Shown here: positions 57,940-63,903 of the stretch, piece after piece
How the letters are laid out: each line of letters starts with the position of its first letter
How positions within the stretch are numbered: position 1 is the first letter of the stretch
Virus record (IMG/VR): IMGVR_UViG_3300042691_009766
Coordinates: 6,391-70,390 of that record
Source: a virus
Strand: one strand, 5' to 3'
Length of the DNA stretch: 64,000 nucleotides
Program-made: the position numbers and the translations under genes
Notes under the pieces: generated by a model
What the model saw: only the letters and a program-made list of their open reading frames with translations
The model's database searches: none
What the model was told of the DNA's origin: nothing

Positions 57940-58400
57940 TACTTCTCCTCCTCTTCTTCTTCTTCTTCGTGTGTTCTCTTCTTCTTCTTCTTCGTATGTT
58001 CTTCCAACCATGCTTGTCGCTGGCTCTCCTCAGCATTGTCCAGCCACTCCTGCTCTTCTTCTGTAAGCGTCCCAACACAAACAACACAAGTGCCTCGGCA
58101 CTCAGGTTCATAGGGGTCAGGCTTAGTCAGCACCCTAACCCTCTCAACATACATGCTGTCCAAGTCCTGCTCGTTGTGGCAGGACGGACATAGCAATCTG
58201 CCGTCAGTTGTAAGTGTGTTCTCGCCAAAGAAACGCCAGCAAGCACCACACTCCCAAGCGTAGATAAAGTTAGGTGCTTCACTTTCGTATGCCTCAAACT
58301 CATACAAGTCCTCGTCATGCTTCGGGCATACAGCAAAGTAGTCAGGTGATACATCATCAAACGAAACTTCTGTATTACAGCGATTACAATACCAAGCCAT
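57939..58400 (-). CDS. multi-CxxC Zn-finger protein with acidic tail
   Basis: CNRC, CPKH, CGAC, CPSC, C...CVVC. Confidence 0.7.
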   Translation of the reverse strand: MAWYCNRCNTEVSFDDVSPDYFAVCPKHDEDLYEFEAYESEAPNFIYAWECGACWRFFGENTLTTDGRLLCPSCHNEQDLDSMYVERVRVLTKPDPYEPECRGTCVVCVGTLTEEEQEWLDNAEESQRQAWLEEHTKKKKKRTHEEEEEEEEK

Positions 58401-58762
58401 TAGTTAGCCTCCTCTGCCATGAGTTTCATAGCCCCAGCGATAGCCTCTACAATGTCCCCGTAGATACCATACTCGTTGTCGTAGTCATCAGCCTTGGCAA
58501 CTACGAACCAAGGGTTCATGTGCCAATCTAACTCGTCATGCTTCTCAGCGTGAGCAACTTTATCGTCAGTATCTAAACCAACCTTGATGAAATCGCTATT
58601 GGTGTAAAGCCTCTCGCCCTTGTAATCAACTCGCATTTCGCCACAACGAATAACAACCCACTTCTCGTCATCACTAGACCAAACCCACCCGTCATCATAG
58701 AACACATCTAAGCGTTGGTCAGGGTTGATGTTGTATTTCGCAATAATCTCTTGCTCGTTCAT
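58400..58762 (-). CDS. acidic hypothetical protein
   Basis: GEMR...NPWF motif; coupled. Confidence 0.7.
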   Translation of the reverse strand: MNEQEIIAKYNINPDQRLDVFYDDGWVWSSDDEKWVVIRCGEMRVDYKGERLYTNSDFIKVGLDTDDKVAHAEKHDELDWHMNPWFVVAKADDYDNEYGIYGDIVEAIAGAMKLMAEEAN

Positions 58763-58947
58763 TAGTTAGCCTCACTCTCAAAGTGGTCAGGGTATTCTTC
58801 TCGCAGGTAATCAAGCAGTTCATCTTTGGTCGCACCATTGACTAGCAACTTGATAAAGCCCTCGTCTTCACGAAGAGCATAGTAAGAAATGTAGTTGGGG
58901 TAATCACTCCAACGGGATAATGCTTTGTCTAGTTGGTCTAGGGTCAT
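58762..58947 (-). CDS. acidic hypothetical protein
   Basis: CCTGAGGAGG RBS after repeat. Confidence 0.7.
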   Translation of the reverse strand: MTLDQLDKALSRWSDYPNYISYYALREDEGFIKLLVNGATKDELLDYLREEYPDHFESEAN

Positions 58948-59009
58948 GCTGTCTGCCTCCTCAGGTCAGTTTGGTTGCCTCACTATTGGGTCAGTGAGTT
59001 ATTTGATTG

Positions 59010-59171
59010 TTAGTTCCCAAGAGTTCCAGCGAATAGTGTGAAAGCCAAGGCAGACATACTAAACGACATGAACGGACTATTGCCATGTTGTATCGCCCCG
59101 ATACCTGAGGTGATACCTAGCACGAAGAACACGAGCAAGCCCCAACGAGCAAGCACTTTCATTTCGTTCAT
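59010..59171 (-). CDS. small two-TM membrane protein
   Basis: MNEMKVLARWGLLVFFVLGITSGIGAI...LFAGTLGN*; translated by hand. Confidence 0.6.
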   Translation of the reverse strand: MNEMKVLARWGLLVFFVLGITSGIGAIQHGNSPFMSFSMSALAFTLFAGTLGN

Positions 59172-59356
59172 AGCAACTCCCAACTGAAATCTAATCTTCT
59201 ACGGCTGAGGTCAATGCCCTCTTCATCTTTGATACGAGCAATAGCCAAGTCGTATAACTTGTCCTCGTCTAGTTCTTCATCACCCTCGTAGATGTAATCA
59301 ACGCTAATGATAAAGGTGGTGCTATCGCTAGACAGCGAAACGCTGTAAGTTTCCAT
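59168..59356 (-). CDS. acidic hypothetical protein
   Basis: coupled ORF. Confidence 0.65.
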   Translation of the reverse strand: METYSVSLSSDSTTFIISVDYIYEGDEELDEDKLYDLAIARIKDEEGIDLSRRRLDFSWELL

Positions 59357-59604
59357 TAGTTCTTCTCCAATCCGTCAGTAGCGTTGGTGTCGTGGTCGCA
59401 GTGTTCAGCACACTCTCCGCAATCGCCACACCTGCCCTCTCTTGAGGAGAGTTCATACAACTCATCACAGGTATCGCAGTTGCCGAAGTTCTCGCAATCA
59501 TGCTCGTTCCACTCAGCAACCTCGTAAGTGTTCTCAGGGTCAAAGGTTCTGCCACAGCCATCACACTCCACGAACTCAACTCCGTTGTCTTTCTTCATGC
59601 TCAT
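59356..59604 (-). CDS. Cys-rich acidic Zn-finger protein
   Basis: CDGC, H.C, CDTC, CGDCGEC..HC. Confidence 0.65.
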   Translation of the reverse strand: MSMKKDNGVEFVECDGCGRTFDPENTYEVAEWNEHDCENFGNCDTCDELYELSSREGRCGDCGECAEHCDHDTNATDGLEKN

Positions 59605-59729
59605 TAGCAATCTCCCTCGTTGATTAGTTGTTCTAGTTCCCAAAGTGCTTCATCAGCACTCATAGTTCCCATGTGATACATAGAGTAGATACTCTGTATC
59701 TTCTTGGCTTCTTCAGTTGTTAGTTCCAT
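59604..59729 (-). CDS. 41-aa peptide
   Basis: CCTGAGGAGGCAAC RBS; translated by hand. Confidence 0.55.
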   Translation of the reverse strand: MELTTEEAKKIQSIYSMYHMGTMSADEALWELEQLINEGDC

Positions 59730-59773
59730 GTTGCCTCCTCAGGCTTGTTGGTTGGTGTTGCCTCACTATTGGG

Positions 59774-59926
59774 TCAGCGAGTTATTTGATTGTTAGTTCC
59801 CAAGTCAATCTCTTCTTGCTTGGTTCGTAGCAAAGCAATAAGCCCGTCAATAATCCTAGACTTGTCGCTTGTGGCTATGAGTATCTTGGCTATCTCTTGG
59901 TCAAGGGGAGTAATAATCTTATCCAT
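59774..59926 (-). CDS. 50-aa peptide ending LGTNNQITR* in repeat
   Basis: GAGGACTAATG start; translated by hand. Confidence 0.55.
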   Translation of the reverse strand: MDKIITPLDQEIAKILIATSDKSRIIDGLIALLRTKQEEIDLGTNNQITR

Positions 59927-60180
59927 TAGTCCTCGCCCTCCTCGTCATCAAGACCAGCGAACATCATGTCCCAGCAAGTCCCACAATAGCCCGATAAGAA
60001 CTGCTCACGAATACCTAGGTCAGTATCAGGCAAGACCTCGCCAATCAACGCCCCTTGATTGTATTTCCATACCTGCTGTCCCGTAATCTCAATGGTCTTT
60101 ACATCACTACACATGGGACATGGGTAAGTGCTGAGTGTGTATCTGTCTTCGGCAATCTTGCCTACATGAGCAACTCTCAT
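59926..60180 (-). CDS. Zn-finger protein (CPMC...RE..LSG.C..CW)
   Basis: motif plus GGAGG RBS. Confidence 0.7.
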   Translation of the reverse strand: MRVAHVGKIAEDRYTLSTYPCPMCSDVKTIEITGQQVWKYNQGALIGEVLPDTDLGIREQFLSGYCGTCWDMMFAGLDDEEGED

Positions 60181-60386
60181 TAGTTAGCCTCCTGTATGTC
60201 GGTTGTTAGTTCCCAAAGTTCCTCTGCTATCTCCTGAATAACTAAACGCTTCTCCATAGCCCTAGTAGTCAGGTCATCACAGCAAGCATAGGACATAGCG
60301 TTTCGCATGAGCCTAGCCCTCTTCGGCTTTAGGTGCTTGTTTCGTGCTTTCTTTACTGCTGGTGTATCTTTGAGTGTTCTACTCAC
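60180..60386 (-). CDS. hypothetical protein
   Basis: AAGGAG RBS after repeat, GTG start. Confidence 0.65.
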   Translation of the reverse strand: MSRTLKDTPAVKKARNKHLKPKRARLMRNAMSYACCDDLTTRAMEKRLVIQEIAEELWELTTDIQEAN

Positions 60387-60472
60387 TTGCTCTCCTTGTT
60401 TGGTTGGTGTTGCCTCACTATTGGGTCAGTGAGTTATTTGATTGTTAGTTCCCAAATCTTCAGGCTAGTTAG

Positions 60473-60678
60473 GTGAGCAGTTTAGACACTTACTCAGGTG
60501 CTTAGATAGTTTAGCCACTCTTGCGATAATCTAAATGTGGTCGCATTGACTAAGGCAGGTCGCACCCTCCTTAGTTTGCTCATACCAACTCTGCCTCGGT
60601 TGGCTGAGGTTAGGACACGATTGCGAGTTCCTAACTAATCTTTAGTTGTGTGAGCAGTTTAGACACTTGCTCAGGTGT
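60473..60678 (-). ncRNA. candidate structured RNA (3 pseudoknot motifs + 3 hairpins)
   Basis: intergenic on - strand; covarying stems; complementary UCGCA/UGCGA loops. Confidence 0.6.
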
Positions 60679-60701
60679 TTCTACCAACCACCAGCAGAAA
60701 T

Positions 60702-61070
60702 CTACCCGTAAGTTATTTCCCCGAAGATTGCGTATTGGCATACCAAATCACCGAAGCAAGCGTCAGGGTCTTCCAAGTCCAATGGATAGTTCCCACAATG
60801 AGTTTGCCCAGCAGACAAGGCTAGTTGATAGCCCTTGGCTAGTTGGTCTAGCGTAATGGTGTGCCACTTCTCTTCGTAATCGTCCCAGAGCATAAAGTCC
60901 TGAGGGTTAGGCTCGTAATCAGGTTTAGTCCAAAGACTAATGCCCTTGCCGTCAGGCTTACGAACCTTGCTTGCCCAATAACCCATACCAGCACCATCAC
61001 TACCCCAGATTGCTTCCCAGAGTTCGTTGAGTGATACTTCCATGCTTATTGTTATCTTCTTGTCTTCCAT
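60702..61070 (-). CDS. conserved phage hypothetical protein
   Basis: G.GYWA...DA...D...QYAIFGEI.YG. Confidence 0.75.
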   Translation of the reverse strand: MEDKKITISMEVSLNELWEAIWGSDGAGMGYWASKVRKPDGKGISLWTKPDYEPNPQDFMLWDDYEEKWHTITLDQLAKGYQLALSAGQTHCGNYPLDLEDPDACFGDLVCQYAIFGEITYG

Positions 61071-61131
61071 GTGTTCTTCTTTCTGTTTGGTTGGTGTTGC
61101 CTCACTATTGGGTCAGCAAGTTATCTTATTG

Positions 61132-61281
61132 TTAGTTCCCAAGAGTTTCGGTCTTGCTTACAGCAAGTCGGTCTAGTGTGTCTAGTCGTGTTGCCTTAGG
61201 CAGAAGAGTAATCCTCAATAGGTCTATCATTGAGTAGTCCTCAGGTAGAACCCAAGTAATCATGTCCTCTGTGTATTCCAT
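61132..61281 (-). CDS. 49-aa peptide ending GN* in repeat
   Basis: AAGGAGG RBS between two repeats; translated by hand. Confidence 0.55.
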   Translation of the reverse strand: MEYTEDMITWVLPEDYSMIDLLRITLLPKATRLDTLDRLAVSKTETLGN

Positions 61282-61327
61282 GTTGCCTCCTTGTTGTGTT
61301 CTCACTATTGGGTCAGCGAGTTATCTT

Positions 61328-61490
61328 ATTGTTAGTTCCCAAATCTCGTATGTATGCCCAACACAAACAATCGCATTGTTAGTTCCCAAGCGTGAGGCAT
61401 TGTTAGTTCCCAAGACACAGGCTCGCAGGTATGCCAATACCCCCCACCCTTACGGGTGAGGGGTAGAGGTATGCGATTGTTAGTTCCCAG
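61328..61490. repeat. cluster of four ATTGTTAGTTCCCA half-sites with GC hairpin
   Basis: copies at 61328, 61375, 61399, 61476; hairpin TACCCCCCACCC-ttac-GGGTGAGGGGTA. Confidence 0.85.
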
Positions 61491-61686
61491 AAGTTTCGGG
61501 TGTTGCCTTGGTGATGTGTCCTGCCTCTATCAAAGCCTCGGCAGTTCTCCCGTAGAACCCTTGTAGTTGCCATGCCATACCTGTATCAACTAGGTATTGG
61601 AACATAGCCAGCAAGCGTTCCTCAGTAATCTCGCCACACTCAAAGTCCATGATGTCCATGACTAGATTGTCCTTGTTGTATTCCAT
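61480..61686 (-). CDS. conserved phage protein (Q.L.DTG.AW.LQG.YGRTA)
   Basis: motif; AAGGA RBS after repeat. Confidence 0.75.
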   Translation of the reverse strand: MEYNKDNLVMDIMDFECGEITEERLLAMFQYLVDTGMAWQLQGFYGRTAEALIEAGHITKATPETSGN

Positions 61687-61748
61687 GTTGTTTCCTTATC
61701 TGTTGGTTGGTTGTTGCCTCACTATTGGGTCATGAGGTTATTTGATTG

Positions 61749-62033
61749 TTAGTTCCCAATGTTCTTGCGTTCAGTTGGCAAGCCGTTCTTCTGGAAGAAG
61801 TATCCCCTCATGATTAGAGGCACATACTTATCGTCCAAAGCCCACTCATCATCAAGGCGAAATACTTGGTTGCCCTCTTTATCAGTAGTCCATGAGGCTA
61901 CTACCTCACCAAAGACTTTCACAATGTAATCGCCCTTGTGGTTCTTGTATCCCGTCATGCTACCCCACCTAAACTCCTCATAGGTGTTGATGAAGTATGG
62001 CACTTGTTCTTTAGCAATAGTTAGTCTTGCCAT
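61749..62033 (-). CDS. hypothetical protein
   Basis: CCTGAGGAGG RBS; ends GN* in repeat. Confidence 0.7.
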   Translation of the reverse strand: MARLTIAKEQVPYFINTYEEFRWGSMTGYKNHKGDYIVKVFGEVVASWTTDKEGNQVFRLDDEWALDDKYVPLIMRGYFFQKNGLPTERKNIGN

Positions 62034-62081
62034 GTTGCTTGCCTCCTCAGGCTTGTTGGTTGGTGTTGCCTCACTATTGGG

Positions 62082-62243
62082 TCAGCGAGTTATTTGATTG
62101 TTAGTTCCCAAGTCCTCTTCGCCTTGCTCGGCTGAGGCGTGGCACTCACACTCACACACCCAAGTCTTCTCGTAATAGGTGATTGACTTGTGGCAGGTGT
62201 CGTGGTGTCGGGTGATACAGAACCCAGATACATACTTGCTCAT
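62082..62243 (-). CDS. 53-aa Cys/His peptide ending LGTNNQITR* in repeat
   Basis: GFC...H..C...CECECH; GAGG RBS; translated by hand. Confidence 0.6.
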   Translation of the reverse strand: MSKYVSGFCITRHHDTCHKSITYYEKTWVCECECHASAEQGEEDLGTNNQITR

Positions 62244-62450
62244 GGTTGTTGCCTCTCGTGCTTGGTGGTGGAGGGAGGGGGTCGGGGGGAGGTTGCCCTC
62301 CCCCCTCTATGAAACTTAGTTTCTAAGTCCCATAGGTTCGGCATGTTGTTATTCAGCAGTATTACCTCAACGCCTCTTACTTGCTACTGCCTAGTATGTT
62401 TATCCCGTATCAAACATACAAACTTTATCTAGGTCATCTGCCTAGCAAGA

Positions 62451-62477
62451 GAGCAGTTTAGCCACTTGCTCAGGTGG
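62451..62477 (-). ncRNA. pseudoknot motif copy in 3' UTR
   Basis: CCAC-CUGAGCAA-GUGG-CUAAACU-GCUC, 12 nt after stop of 62490-62858. Confidence 0.6.
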
Positions 62478-62489
62478 TGTTGCCTAGCC

Positions 62490-62858
62490 TTAGGCTAGAA
62501 CCTCAGCCTCAGCCTCAGCCTTGGTGATTGCTACTGCCTTAGGCTTCGCCTTAGCCTTGCCCTTAGCCTTAGCCTTGGTTGCCTTAGCCTTAGCCTTGGC
62601 TCGTGCCTCAGCCTTAGCCTTTCTCTCACTCTTGAGAACGAGAGCCTTGGTGTCCCCTAGTTCAGCGAGCAGACCTCTAATGAAGTCAATGTCGTTGCTG
62701 TATGCTTCAGCGTTCTCTTCGCTGAAACTATCGCTTGCCTCGTCCTGAGCATACTTACGGAGAGTATCTCTCTGGAGAGCCAACTTTCGTAGTCCCTCAA
62801 TGATGTATGGGACGGCTTCTGTTGCTACTTTGGTGGTGCTTGCTGGCTTGTTTGCCAT
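62490..62858 (-). CDS. protein with histone-H1-like KA-repeat tail
   Basis: KAKAEARAKAKAKATKAKAKGKAKAKPK. Confidence 0.75.
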   Translation of the reverse strand: MANKPASTTKVATEAVPYIIEGLRKLALQRDTLRKYAQDEASDSFSEENAEAYSNDIDFIRGLLAELGDTKALVLKSERKAKAEARAKAKAKATKAKAKGKAKAKPKAVAITKAEAEAEVLA

Positions 62859-62935
62859 GATTGCCTCCTCAGGCTAGTTGTTTGGTTGTTTGGTGCAGTG
62901 TTGCTTCACTATTGGGTCAGGAAGTTATTTGATTG

Positions 62936-63238
62936 TTAGTTCCCAACCAACAGGTCTTTCCACTTGGTCGTGGTCTTGGCGTGGTCTAGGTTGATTGCCC
63001 ATACTACATCTCGGCTAGACAAGCCACGCTTTACATGGCTTAGGTGGTGTGCTGTGGTCATGGAATAAGTCCTAGTGCTTATCCAGATGATACCCTCAGG
63101 GGATACCTCGGCAATCTTGGTGTTGTATGAGTAGATTACATACGAGCCGTCAGCCCTGTTGTATCCGTAGAAGTTGCTTCCTGTGAAATCTCTTCTGGCG
63201 GAAATTAGTTCATGTGCTTTCCAATTTGCAGTTCTCAT
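62936..63238 (-). CDS. conserved phage hypothetical protein
   Basis: YVIYSYNT.IA...YS.TT..H; ends GN* in repeat. Confidence 0.75.
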   Translation of the reverse strand: MRTANWKAHELISARRDFTGSNFYGYNRADGSYVIYSYNTKIAEVSPEGIIWISTRTYSMTTAHHLSHVKRGLSSRDVVWAINLDHAKTTTKWKDLLVGN

Positions 63239-63251
63239 GCTAGTTGCCTCC

Positions 63252-63428
63252 TCAGGCTAGTTGTTTGGTTGGTTGCTGGACAGCGTTAGTTTCAGGGACA
63301 TCTTGCCAACTACACTCTTTACAAACAGCGTGAATTGTTGGCGAATTGCTAGTGGTTGAGTATCTATAAACATACTTAGTGAAGTCATACATAGAAACTG
63401 AGTTTAGGCATACTGAACAAGTAGTCAT
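63252..63428 (-). CDS. 58-aa Zn-finger peptide (CSVC...CKEC)
   Basis: AAGGA RBS after repeat; translated by hand. Confidence 0.55.
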   Translation of the reverse strand: MTTCSVCLNSVSMYDFTKYVYRYSTTSNSPTIHAVCKECSWQDVPETNAVQQPTKQLA

Positions 63429-63492
63429 TATTTATTTCCTTATCTGTTGGTTGGTTGGTGTTTCACTATTGGGTCAGGAGGTTATTTGGTTG

Positions 63493-63693
63493 TTAGTTCC
63501 CAAGCCAATCTTTCATTTGCTCTATCTCGTCCTCGGTCATTTCGCCTTTGGCTACCTTTAGAACTAGACTAAGACGGCTAATGTTTAGCCTAAGTTTCGC
63601 TACGGCTTCGGGCTTTATCTTTGAGGTGTTGTAAGAGTTTAGGATAAATCCTAAGAAGTTTGCTTGTTCTTCTGTTAGTTTCATGGTAATCAT
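63493..63693 (-). CDS. hypothetical protein
   Basis: CCTGAGGAGG RBS; ends GN* in repeat. Confidence 0.7.
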   Translation of the reverse strand: MITMKLTEEQANFLGFILNSYNTSKIKPEAVAKLRLNISRLSLVLKVAKGEMTEDEIEQMKDWLGN

Positions 63694-63753
63694 GTTGCCT
63701 CCTCAGGCTTCTCGGTTGGTGCTTCACTATTGGGTCAGGGGGTTATTTGGTTG

Positions 63754-63903
63754 TTAGTTCCCAAAGGTCTTCTTCGCCTCGGCTATGAGGTAGTTGTTTA
63801 TGGTTGTTTGTAAGTCAGCGGAAACTGCTATAAAGTCAGCGTTCAGCCAGCCCCACTCTTTAGATAGATAGAATAGTTCGCCTTTGTAAGTTATGTTTGG
63901 CAT
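63754..63903 (-). CDS. 49-aa peptide ending GN* in repeat
   Basis: AAGGAGG RBS between two repeats; translated by hand. Confidence 0.6.
   Translation of the reverse strand: MPNITYKGELFYLSKEWGWLNADFIAVSADLQTTINNYLIAEAKKTFGN

Noticed and set aside
57902-58193. Alternative poly-R/K/S/F ORFs
   Set aside because: Products of the GAA microsatellite read in other frames; no RBS.
60473-60678. Identification as a known self-cleaving ribozyme (hammerhead, pistol, twister)
   Set aside because: Catalytic-core consensus elements such as CUGANGA/GAAA or the pistol P2/P3 junction are not present; left unassigned.
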